Below, one piece after another: positions 52,294-64,000 of a DNA stretch of 64,000 nucleotides (positions are counted from its first letter, which is position 1; every line of letters begins with the position of its first letter). The translations under genes and the position numbers were made by a program. The notes under the pieces were generated by a model, which saw only the letters and a list, made by a program, of their open reading frames with translations, did not search any database and was not told where the DNA came from. Location: contig CAWJSK010000023.1 of assembly GCA_963845535.1 (NCBI GenBank), positions 82,510 to 146,509 on the forward strand, given 5' to 3'. This stretch comes from an uncultured Spirochaetota bacterium (GTDB taxonomy: Bacteria; Spirochaetota; Spirochaetia; SZUA-6; Fen-1364).

Positions 52294-52859
52294 TATAAGC
52301 CCTTACGGTGTAAGGACTTACAGACCGCTACCGGAAAACCGGCGCGATCAGCAATTCATTGTAGACAGCATTGTAGATGGCTGTCGGGAGGAGCAAGATG
52401 CGCCGTTTTTCATTGAATCGCCGAGGGCAATCTGGTGTACGAAAGAAACCTCAAGGAACAGCGCTCTTCTGAGGGTGGCAGAATGGGACAAATGGGGCAT
52501 TCCCGAACTGGACGGGCGTCGAGCCGTCAGCGACACGCTCAATCTTGTCCGACGGAATCAAAGTATTGAACGCCAAGATGAGCGCGCGTAACCTGCACCG
52601 CTTGCGGCAATTGGCGGTCGAGTATCGCCGGCGATACTTCTTGAGCCTGCGTGTGTCCTGCTCATAGGGCAGGCAACGATGCTTGGCCATGATCCGACAT
52701 CGAGTGTCCTTTTCTCGTTCGCAATTCACACCAACGGACATCTTGGCTTTCCCACGAGACGCAGCCGCTAATCATGCCAAGCGGTGGTCCGAATCGGCTA
52801 AGCGTAGAGCAGTTGTGGCTCTTATTGTTAGCCGAGCCGAAAAACCGGGTTCCGCGGGC

Positions 52860-52901
52860 AAAAAAAAAGACTTGACGGTAGCAACGAGTGACTATTACGT
52901 T
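52860..52901 (+). promoter_or_regulatory. Putative promoter of the giant gene
   Basis: A9 tract then TTGACG-18 bp-TACGTT. Confidence 0.45.
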
Positions 52902-52935
52902 TCTTGTTGCGCTGAGTCGCATCAAGCAGGTTGGA

Positions 52936-55900
52936 ATGGAGCAAAGGAAGGCAGCCTTTCACCTTGAGCAACTAGAATCCCGGCTTCTGCTGTCTGCCTC
53001 GCCGTTGCTGCCTTCGAGCGCGGCTGTTGCCGGCTTCCAACTTGAGAGCCCCGTGGCGGTTCAGGGTCTGCAGGCTGGGGAGCATGTATCTATCGACTCC
53101 TCCGCTTCCTTCTCCTACAACCCCGCGGCAAACCTCAGCGGCCTGTTTTCCGCAAGCGCCTCGGAGGCAGGCCCGGTTACGGCGCCCGTCACCGGGCCTG
53201 CCCGGCTCCTCATCCACGCAGGCTGCCCAGCCGGCCCAAAACGTCGCTTCCGAAACCACCACCGGATCGTCGAACACCGGCTTGACGGTAAATCCGGGAG
53301 CTGCAGCGTCGCCTTCCAATTCGCAATCGAGCACAACGGATCAACTCACCGAGACATTGAACGCTGCTCAGCCTCCGCCTGCTTCGGCGCAGCAAACATT
53401 GAGCTACTCTGCCGGGCCAGGCGGAAGCGACCTGACACTCCAGCTCAGCACGAGCAACCCGAGCGTTCTGGAGCTCGTTGACGCGCGGTCTGACGCGGTT
53501 GTCGCGAGCGGACCGCTCAGCTCGCTATCCGGCGTCCACGTGACGGGGGCGGACAACGCGAACAATACGTTGACCGTCGACCTGAGTATCCCGTTCTGGC
53601 TCAAGAGCGGAATCGTCTTCGACGGAGGGACCGGGGGTTACAACACGCTGGCCGTGATCGGACCCAAAGGCGGCAGCGTCAACTACACCGCCATGGGGAC
53701 GGGCTCGGGCGTGATGAGCGTATCTTTGGGTCCCAACAGCACGAGCATCGCGTTCACTGGTCTTGCACCGGTGGATATAAGCGGAGGCGTTGCATACACC
53801 TTTACGCCGGCCTCCGCCACGCCGACCTCTGGCGGTCCGGCGCTGGATCCAACCGCTGCAGTGGATATCACCGTTGGGAGCTCTGCTCCGCAGACCAACG
53901 TGCTTACCGGCACCATTGGTGGAGTGCCGTTCGAGCAGGTGAACCTGCTGGATATTTCAAGCCTCACTATTGACCTTTCCGGCGGTACCACGCCGTATTC
54001 GAATCCCGACATCGTTACGATCGGCTCGGGCGGCTTCCAGGCAAGCGGCCTGCAGAGCGTCGACATCATCACCGGCGGCGGGACCAATTCGATCACGATC
54101 CAGGGCGCCAGCCTTGCGCTTCCCGTGCCAGGCGGAGCATTTACCGTTGACGGGGGAAGCGGCATCACGACGCTGGTAGTTGCGGGCACCTACGGTTCGG
54201 CTTCCGTGAGCGCCACGAGCGCCTCCTCGGGATCACTGGCTTTGGACAGCGGCTCGCTCTCGTTCTCCAATATCGCGGAGCTTCAGCTTCCCGCGGCCAT
54301 CGGCTCGTTCACCTATCAGGGCGGCGGCGCGGAGACCATCCAGGGCGTGGCCGGCAACACGTCCCAGGCGCAGATCTCAGGGTCCGGGCCTACGGTCCAG
54401 CTCGATGATCCCTCCACCGGTCTGACCGTGGACGCGGACTCGGTTGACCTGGCCGGAAGCTTCGGCCTCGGTGGAGCCAACCTTTCAGTCAACGCGCGGA
54501 CCATCACCGTGGATTCCGGCGCAGCAATCGGTTCCACCGCCGATGCGGTGGGGTCCGTCACCCTGACCGCCACCGCCTCTGATGGCTCTCCGATCACTGA
54601 TCCTTCGCTTCTCCAGGCACAGTCAGCCACCATCACCATTGACGGCTCGATCGACGCAACAGGCAGCGTCGACGCGACCTCAACGGTGAACCGCTCAGTC
54701 GACGTGAGCGAGCCCGGCGTCTTCGACCTCACCCTGACCTCCGCCTCCAGCGCCAGCCTCACGGTGGGAAGCGGAGCAACGCTCACCGGGTCCTCCATTC
54801 TACTGGGCGCTGTCACTCAAGGGAGCGTTATGGCGGTCGACGCCGGCGCGATCACCGTGGATTTCACGGAAACCTCCGCCGCTGACCTCACGGGCGCCAC
54901 TCTCACGGCCAGCTCCATCCAGGTGTCCGCGGGAAGCTCGACAGTCTATTCGGCCGTCGGCCTGTCCGCCGTGAACGCCGTGCCCGGGAGCAGCACCGTC
55001 TCCGTCACCGGCTCAACGCTGACGGCGAACGCGGGCGGGGTGAGCATGACCGCGCTCGATAGCGTGAGCGTCAGCGCGCAGGCGGAGCCGCAATCCCTCG
55101 ACCTTGGCACGCTGTCAACCTCGAAATCCCTTTCGGTGTCATTGGCTCGGAACGACCTTGACCGCGGCGTCTCCGCCACGGTGAGCGGGTCCACGGTGAG
55201 CGCAACGGGCGGGGACGTCGAGTTGACGGCCACGAAGGCCGACGTCGCAAGCGCCACCACGCACGCGGTAACGCTGATCGACTCCACTTCCACGCCTCCG
55301 CCCAACTCGGACACCGTCAGCCTTGGAGGCACTTTCTCCGCCAACCTCCTGCTCGGCGACGTGACTTCTTCCATTGATACGAGCACTATCACCACCAAAG
55401 GCAGCGGCTCCATCCTGATCGATGCAAAAGACACTTCCGCCGTTGACGCCCACTCCGAGCTCAGCGCCACGGATGCGCCCGGGACGCTGACCGCAGACAC
55501 TACAGGCGTCGCCGCGGGTCCCTCCATCGCCTTCAACGCGCTGGGGTGGACGTTCGGCCAGTCGTTCACGGGCTTTGCCCTTGAAACAATCAACACGCTG
55601 CTGGGCACCCAGGCCGGGGACTCTCCGCAGCCGGTGACGAGCCAGGCGTCCATCAGCGACTCCTCGGTCAGCGCGGGCGGGAGCCTCTCGGTGACAGCGG
55701 AAAGCCAGCCGCAGCTGAACGCCACGGTGAGCAACGCGGCAAGCTCCACCTCCTCCGCCCTGTACGGGGCAAGCGGGTCGAGCGCCAGCGGCATCCTGGC
55801 AAGCAACAGGGTGGCGAGCCAGGCAACGGCGTTTATCGACAATACAGGCGCCGCGACCGGGGTGAGCGTGAGCGCAGGCGGGGGGGTCACGGTCAGCGCC

Positions 55901-58900
55901 AGCGACACCTCGGGCATCTATTCCAACAGCAAGGTGGTTTCTTCCTCGATAACGACAAGCGACGGCGGGGCCGCCGTTCTCGGCCAGACAGTGAATGAGC
56001 TGACTCCTGCAACGTACGACACCACCCCTGATACCGGACTCACCACGGAAATCCGGTCCCTCCAGTTCGGTGACACAGTGCGCCTGGACCAGGGCTACAC
56101 GGGCGGCGGCACACCGGGTGTCGTGTACGAGTACATGGGAACAGAGGCAAGCGGGGCCGGCCTGGACCTCGCCTCGACCAACTATGCGGACCTGGGCTAC
56201 TGGAAGCCCCTGCCGCAGACGCAGCTCATCCCGCAGGGCAACAGCATCAGCCCCTCCAATTCGTTGGCGGTAGGCGGGCTGGTGGTGCTGAACGAGGTGA
56301 GCGGCGGTTCAACCGCGTACATCAACAACGCAACAGCGACCGCCGCCAGCGGCGACATCGACGTCACGGCCACGCAAAACGCCGTCATCACGGCAACCGC
56401 GGACAGCTCGGCAAGCTCCTCGGGAGGCAGCGCCTTTGGAAGCGGCAGCTCCCTTGCCGTGGACGGCACAATCGCCACCAATGTCATGCTCTCTTCCTCG
56501 CAGGCGTACATCACGGGCAGCAGCGTCACGGCCACGGCGGGAAACATCGAGGTGGAGGCTACGGACAGCGCTGACATCACCGCCACCACGAAGCAGGCCA
56601 CCACCACCAACGCCACGGGCGTGAGCGTGATCCTTGCGTTCAACACCGTGGGATGGGACGCTCAAAACGTTCTCTACGACGCGCTGGATGCCCTGCTCGG
56701 GACCCAGATCGGCACAAAGGACCCTGATCTCACCACGGCCTCCATCTCAGACTCCTCCGTGACAGCCGGCGGGACGCTCACGGTGCAGGCCCTTTCGGAG
56801 GCGCAAATCTCCTCCTCAATAGGAAACGATGCGACAGCCGCCACAACGGCGTTGTTCGTGGCATCGGCAGCAAGCTACGCCGGGATCCTCTCCAGCAACA
56901 TGGTGGCAACGAGCGCGGACGCGTACATCGACAACACCGGCGCCGCGCCGGGCACGGCCGTGCAAGCCGGCGGGAATGTGACGGTGAGCGCCAAAGACAC
57001 CCCGACCATCAGCGCGAAGTCCAACCTCCAGGACCCCGCCTCGGCCGCCAACGACGGCGGAGCCGGGATCCTCAACTCCCTTGCCCAGTCCCTCATCGAG
57101 GACTACCAGTACACGAGCAACTCAGGGACACAACTTCTTGCCTTCGGGGACATGGTGCGGGTGGCGGATGGCTACTCCGGCGGAGGCTCAGGAGGGACCG
57201 TCTACGAGTACATGGGAACACCAGGCGCTGTCGATCTTGGGACCCAGAACTACGGTGATGCAGGGCTGTGGAAGCAGCTCAACACCACCAACATCGTTCC
57301 CACCTCCATAGCCAAGACGGCGCTCAAGGCAGCCGGGCTGGGCGGCGGCAGCGCCACGGCCATGGGCGGGCTGGTGGACCGAAACGACGTCAGCGGCGAC
57401 GTATCGGCGAACATTACCGCGGCCATGGTGACGACCTCCGCGGGCAACATCATGGTGCAGGCAATCGAGGCCGCCATGATCAGCGCCGTGGACTCCAGCG
57501 TGGTCTCCGCCAGCCAGAGCACCGCCGGGGTGGTCGTGACGAACATCGTGTTGAGCTCCGCCGCGGCTTTCATCACCGGCAGCTCCGTCACGAACAATGC
57601 TGATGCCGCGAAGGACCCGGGCACCGGCGGCGTCTCGGTTGACGCGGAGGATGACTCCTCCATCAACGCCACGGCCACAACCTCGGTGAAGGGCAGCAAG
57701 CAGGTCATCGGGTTCGTGGTCGCGTTCAACACGGTTGGCTGGCAGGCGCAGGACCTGCTGTCCAGCACCGTGGATGCCCTGATTGGAGATCCCGCGCTTG
57801 CGAGCGTCTTCGGCGGCGAGCAGCCGGCCTCCGTGACCGCGTACGTGGAGGATTCAACGATCACGGCCTCAGGAGCCGCCTCTGTCGCCGCGCAAAGCGC
57901 CGCCGGCATCAACGCCACGGTGAGTGACGCCGCCACCTCGAAGGCCACGAACAACTTCGCAATCGGCGCGAAGTACGGCACGAACGGGATGTCGGCGGGC
58001 GCGCTCCTGGCAAGCAACAAGGTGGCCAGCAGCGCGAATGCATACATCGATACAGCCACCGGAACAACCACCGTTACCGCATCCGCCGGGGTCACGGTTT
58101 CCGCCGCGGACAAAAACAGCATTACCTCCAACGCTACGGTGCTTGTGTTCTCCGCCACCACCAACGACCTGAGCGCCCTGCAGCAGCTTGCCGGCACCCT
58201 GGCCCCGACGAGCTATAATTACACAACCGCGTCCGGAACGCAGGCGCTTTCCCCCGGCGACATTGTCCTGTACTCCGGCGCCCACGCGACGGGCGGAAGC
58301 GGGACAGAGGGAAGCCTCTACCAGTACGTGGGGCCGGGTGGATCGCTCGACCTGGGGTCCCAGAGCTACGACACCGACACGGCGGACTGGGCAAAGCTTT
58401 CCTCTTCCGATCTTTCAAGCCTCCTGTTCCCCAACATCGGGAATCTCACGGATTCCAACTCCCGCGCCTACGGCGGCCTTGTTGTCTACAACGACGCCCG
58501 CGGCCAGGTGAGCGCGTACATCGACAACGCGCGGGTCACCGCCTCCACGGGGAACGTGAACGTATCCGCCCTCGAGCAGGCAATGATCCAGGCCACGGCT
58601 ACCAGCAATGTCTCCTCCAACGGGGGAAGCGCTTTTGGCTCGGGGGACTCCCTTGCGGACAACGGCCAGATCGTCACCAACGTCGTTCTGGCAAGCGCGG
58701 ACGCGTATGTCACCAGCGCCACGGTGACGGCCACCGACGGCAGCGTCCTGGTGAGCGGAGAGAACGCCTCGGGCGTGGATGCCACCATTGACAGCTCCAG
58801 CGATGCCGGAGGCTCCAGCCTGGACGTCACCATCGCCTTCAACTCCATTGGGTGGAAGGCGCAGAACATTCTCTTCAATGCTATAGACGCTCTCCTCGGC

Positions 58901-61900
58901 GACCCCGCCATCTCCAGCGCCTTCGGCGGCTCGCAGCCCGCTGACGTCCAGGCATACGTCACGGACTCCACGGTGAGCGCCGGCACGGACGTGAAGGTGA
59001 CCGCGCTGGACAACACCCAGGTCAACGCCACCGTGAGCAACGCCGCTGACACAACGGCGTCCGGCCTCTATGGCAACTCGGGCAAGGGGCTGGGCGCGGT
59101 GCTCGCCAGCAACAAGGTGAACGGCTACGCGAAGGCCTACATCGCGGACCTCAGCACCACGGACGGGACTATCACCAGCGTCACCGCCGGGGGCAGCGTC
59201 ACCGTGGACGCGGAGGACAACACCGGGATCTACGCCAACTCCAAGATCGTCTCCTCCACCATCACCACGGATGATGGCGGTGCTTCGGTGATCCAGGGGG
59301 AGATCAACGGCCTGATCCTCGCGGACTACACGACCTCCGCGGGCATGGCCCCCGTGTCCCTCTCCTTCGGCAACACGGTTCGGCTGGGAAGCGACTTCTC
59401 CGGCAGCGGCACGCCGGGGACTGTCTACGAGTACATGGGCACCGCGACAACGGGAGCCAGCCTCGACCTGAACGCCCAGGACTACACGAACCTGGCGTTC
59501 TGGAAGCCGGTTCCCCAGACTGAGCTGATTCCCCAAGGGCTGAATGTTGACTCCTCCAATGCCACGGCCGTTGGAGGCATCGTTGTCCTGAATGACGCCC
59601 GCGGGAGCGCAACGGCGTACGTGGACCAGGCCACGGTGAAGGCGGGCCAGTCTCTTACCGTCAAGGCGCTGGAAAACGCGACCATCACCGCGATGGTGGA
59701 TTCCACCGCCAACGCCTCCGGCGGCAGCGCTTTCGGCGAGGGCAAATCCATTGCGGTGAACGCAACCATCGCGACGAACCTCGTGCTCTCCAGCGCCGAG
59801 GCCAGCGCCACCAGCAGCACCCTCACAACGACATCCGGCGCCGTTGAGGTGGAGAGCCAGGACACCTCCGTCATCACCGCCACCACTGACAGCGCCACGA
59901 CGAGCAGCGGCACCGGAGTCGGTATCACGCTCGCTTTCAATACGGTGGGCTGGAAGTCGGAAAACTTCCTCTTCAATACGGTGGACGCTCTCCTGGGGGA
60001 CCCCGTCATTTCGGAGGCTTTCGACGGATCGAGCCCCGCGAACGTGCAAGCGCTCATTCAGGATTCCTCGGTGACTGCGGGCGGCGCGCTGACGGTGAGC
60101 GCCCTTTCGAACGCGATAATCAACGCCACGGTCAGCAACAATTCAACCTCGGCGCCGTCAGCCTTTGTGGGCGCCAAGAGTGTTTCCATTGGCGGGGTGA
60201 TAGCGGAAAACATGGTCAACGGTTCCGCCAGCGCTTCCATCACGTTCACCGGCAGCACCCAGGGGACGGTCAGCGCGGGAGGAGCCCTGACTGTCGACTC
60301 GGAAGACAATTCCGTCATCGACGCCACCAGCACGCTGGATGCCGTCTCCTCCACCTCGCAGAACAGCGGCTTCACGATCCTCGAGAACCTGGCCAACACT
60401 CTGGCTACCGAATACCAGTACACCACGGAGTCGGGAACACAGGATGTGGCCCCCGGCGCCATGGTGCGGCTGCAGGACCAGTACGCAGGGGGTGGGACGC
60501 CGGACACGATCTACCTGTTCGTCGGGACCGTGGCCCAAAGCCTGGACCTGGGAAGCCAGGATTACGCTGACACTTCCTTGTGGCAGCCGGTCAGCACCAG
60601 CAAAATAGTGAGCGATCTCGCGGGCCTGGGGATCAACTTCTCCGACTCCAGCTCCACGGCCATCGGCGGCCTCGTGGTTCACAACGACGCCCGCGGCGGC
60701 GCGGCAAGCCTGGTCAGCAACACGGACGTAAACACCGCTGGTGACTTCACCGTCAAGGCGGTCGAGAACGCCGCAATAGACGCCGCGGACACCAGCACGG
60801 TGAGCTCTGATGGGGGAAGCGTGTTCGGGGGTTCTTCGCTCGCGGTGAACGGCATCATCGCCACGAACAACGTCCTGAGCGGCGCCACCGCGACGGTGAG
60901 CGGCAGCACCATCACCACCACGAGCGGCGGCAACGCGGATGTCACGGCGCGGGACACCTCGGTGATCGACGCCTCCGTCACCAACAGCACCACGGCGGAC
61001 GGCTCGGCGGTGGGCGTGACCCTGGCATTCAACACCATCGGCATCACGCCGCAGAACTTCCTCTTCAACACCGTGGATGCGCTGTTCGGCACGAACATCG
61101 CCAACGAGGAGCCGGATGACGTGGAGGCCATCATCCAGTCCTCCAGCGTGACCGCGGCCGGCGGCGTGGATGTCAGCGCCGCCTCCGGCGCTTCAATCGA
61201 CTCCACGGCAAGCTCTTCGGTGAGCGCCTCGGACGTGAGCTTCAAGGGCTCCACTGCGGTCACCGTGGGCGCGGTGGTCTCGCTGAACAAGGTAAGCACC
61301 TACGTGCGCGCGGAGATCGACAGCTCCACCGGCATCACCGCTCAGGCGGGGAACGTCCAGGTCCAGTCCACGGACAGCTCCACCATCACGAGCACCGTAT
61401 CCGCGCCTACGCTGTCCGTTGCCGTGTCCACGGGCAAGTCCCTCTCCGTGGCCGTGGGCTTGAGCGTTGCCAGGAACGAGATCCACAACGACATGCAGTC
61501 GTTCATCCAGAGCGCAAGCGCCGTGACCGCCACTGACGGCAGCGTCAGCGTCACCGCTTCCGAGTCCGCCTCCATCACGGCAAGCTCCGCCGCCTCCGCG
61601 GTGGGGGTCTCCGTGAGCGCTTCCGACAGCCCGACGCCGGCCGTCGGCGGCGGCGGGGCCACGGCTCTGAATACCATCATTGGCGCGGCGAATGCCTACG
61701 TTTCCGACAGCTCTCTTACCGCCACGGGAACCGCTGCCAACCAGGGCGCCATAACGGTCTCCGCGACGGATTCCTCCGTCATTGACGCCGTCGTGGAGGC
61801 GACGGCAGTCACGGTGGGAGTTGGCGCGGGAACAACGCCGGCCTTTGCTTTGGGGGCCGCGCTCGCGCTGAACCTCGTGGGCTGGAGTAGCCTCACGACC

Positions 61901-64000
61901 CAGGACGACATCCAGGTGGAGGCGTACCTCACGGGAAGCAGCGTGAATGCCGCCACGACGTTCACGGTTTCCGCCACCTCCACGCAGACCATCACGGCGA
62001 CCATCACGGCAACATCCGTTGCAGTCGGAGTGTCGGCGGACCCGGCGTACGCGTTCTCCGTGGGAGCCTCTATCAGTGAGAACCAGGTGGCCGCCGACGT
62101 GTTTGCCTATGACGACACCACCAGCTCCATCCAGGCCGGGGCCGGCGGGATCAGCATCACCGCGGGGGACACCTCCTCCATCAGTACCGACACCCAGGCG
62201 GTGGCCGTGGCCGCCAACTTGAGCGGCGGAAGCGGCGGATCCCTTTCCATCGGCCTCTCCCTGGCGCAGAACACCATCTCCAACAGCGTGCAGGCGTACC
62301 TGAGCAACGCCGCGCAGGTCCTCACCCCGGGAAGCCTCACGGTCTCAGCAACCGAGTCATCCACCATCGACTCCACGGCCACGGCAGTAGCCGTCTCCGC
62401 GGGCATCTCACCGGCAGCTTCAGCTTTGCCGCAAGCGGCGCCGGCGTCGGGGCAACGAACGTGATCCTCACCTCCACCGAAGCCTACCTCAGCGCGAGCG
62501 CCGTAGGCAGCTCCGCCAAGCCGGTTGCCTCTGTTGCCATAACCTCGACGAACAGCTCCTCTATCACGGCGGACATCCTGGCCGTGGCGGCGTCCGTGAC
62601 CTTCGGCGGAGACTCTGGCGTCGGAGTGGCCGTGGGCGTGGCGGTTTCCGAGAACCTGATCGGGTTCGACCTTTCCGGTGATTCACTTCCGTTGGTGGTG
62701 GAAGCGCTGAGCCAGGACACGAGCATCGACTCGGTTGGCGCTCTGTTCATTTCCGCAACAGCCAGCCAGACCATCACGGCGAGCGCCATCGTGGGGGCCG
62801 CCGCCGTGGCGGTCACGGGAAGCGGCTCTGCCGCGCTGAGCGGAGCCGGAGAGAGCGCTCTGAACGCGGTGCAGGTGGACACCACGGCGTCAATCGACGG
62901 CGCCGGAACAAACGGAATTACGGCGGCAAGCGTTTCCGTGATGGCCACCGACACCTCCACGATTTCCCTCGACGCGGAGGGCGCCTCCGTTGCCGCTTCC
63001 GTCTCGGGAGACGGGTCCCTTGCGGCTTCCATCGGCCTGACCCTGGCCCAGAATGCCATCTATAACCAGGTGATTGCCTCGATTGCAAACGCAACAAGCG
63101 GAGTCACGTCGACCTCGGGAGACATCACGGTGGAGGCCAGTGAGAAGGCAACCATCACGGCCACGGCGGCGGCCGCTTCGGCGGGTGTCGGAGTCTCCGC
63201 CGGCGCAGGGGCCGCGCTGAGCGGGGCTGGCGCGGCGGCGATCAACGTCATCCTCACAAAGACGGACGCTTTCATCGATTCGAGCGTCGTGACGAGCGCG
63301 GGCGCCGTGACCATTCAGTCCACTGACACCTCTTCGATCACGGCGACCATCGCTGCCGTTTCGATCTCCGCGGCCGTCGGTGCGGGAGCGGGGGTTGGGG
63401 TTTCCATCGGCGTGTCGGTGGCAAGCAACCTGATCGGCTGGAGCCCTGAGGCTTCCTGGTACCCGGGTGACGCCGGGGACATGACGCACACTCCGGCCGA
63501 AGTGCAGGCCTACATTTCGGGCTCCAGCGTGAGCGCAACCGGCGCGCTGGGACTTACTGCGCAGGCAAGCGAGTCTGTCACCGCGCAGGTGGTGGCCGGC
63601 TCCGCGGCGGTTGCCGCCGGCGGCGGTGCGGCGTTGGCGGGCGCAGGTGCCGGGGTGAGCGCCACGAACCTCATCTCAACCAATGTCAAGGCGTACATCG
63701 ACGGAGACGGCACCGCGGGGATAGCGGCGGGAAGCGTCAGCCTCATGGCGGAGGACACCTCCACCATCAACGCGCTGGCAGGCGCGGCCGCGTTGTCGCT
63801 GTCCTTCTCCCCGAGCGCGGGCCTGTCCGTTTCCGTTGCCGCCACCATTGCCCTGAACAGCATTGAGAACACGGTGGATGCGTACATCCAGAACGCGGCA
63901 CAGGAAGTGCAGGCAACCGCGGGCAACATCATGGTCCAGGCCACCGAGCAGGCTTCCATCGCCTCGCTGTCGGTGGCTGCCGCGGCTTCCTTCAGCGTGA
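52936..64000 (+). CDS. Giant LEPR-XLL repeat surface protein/adhesin (over 3600 aa, two frameshifts, open at window end)
   Basis: MEQRKAAFHLEQLESRLLLSA from ATG 52936. Shifts near 53200 into the 3145-aa S/T/A/G-rich frame, then near 62410 into a frame with the same repeat style that appears open to 64000. Confidence 0.85.

Noticed and set aside
52796..52833. Integron attC-like ends (GGCTAAG...GTTAGCC)
   Set aside because: Too short, single copy, no cassette array or integrase.
52874..52882. ops-like GACGGTAGC before the giant gene
   Set aside because: Mismatched to GGCGGTAG and overlaps the putative -35, so it would not be in the transcript.
52348..52925. Short ORFs after the tRNA
   Set aside because: No SD, no motifs, atypical composition.

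Overview
A GC-rich bacterial chromosome segment, probably from a free-living spirochaete. This is inferred from gene content and order, not from a search. Bases 1-52,293 are densely coding. In order they hold: a GNAT-GH20 hexosaminidase fusion missed by the ORF track; mcsA-mcsB-clpC; a methyltransferase/GH3/7TM hybrid kinase trio; a lipoprotein and CapA; an atypical LeuA; efp/epmA; M16 peptidase-rnz-panE-M20; a Liv-type ABC importer, a DmpA-family hydrolase and panB; a degenerate GGDEF membrane protein; Memo/AmrB; two MAF-like genes; ftsB/tsaC; lon; an AcpA-type phosphoesterase; recO-thpR-pdp-recJ-M23-rpsU; a polar amino-acid ABC importer; and initiator tRNA-Met. After the tRNA there is a non-coding spacer and then a giant LEPR-XLL repeat surface protein that runs off the window end. 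Six genes or gene segments are broken by single-base frameshifts, most likely assembly errors. The best candidates for novel biology are the GH3-centred signalling module, the GNAT-GH20 fusion, the pan-flanked import/hydrolase cluster and the tRNA-adjacent giant protein. No CRISPR array, transposase or integrase was seen.
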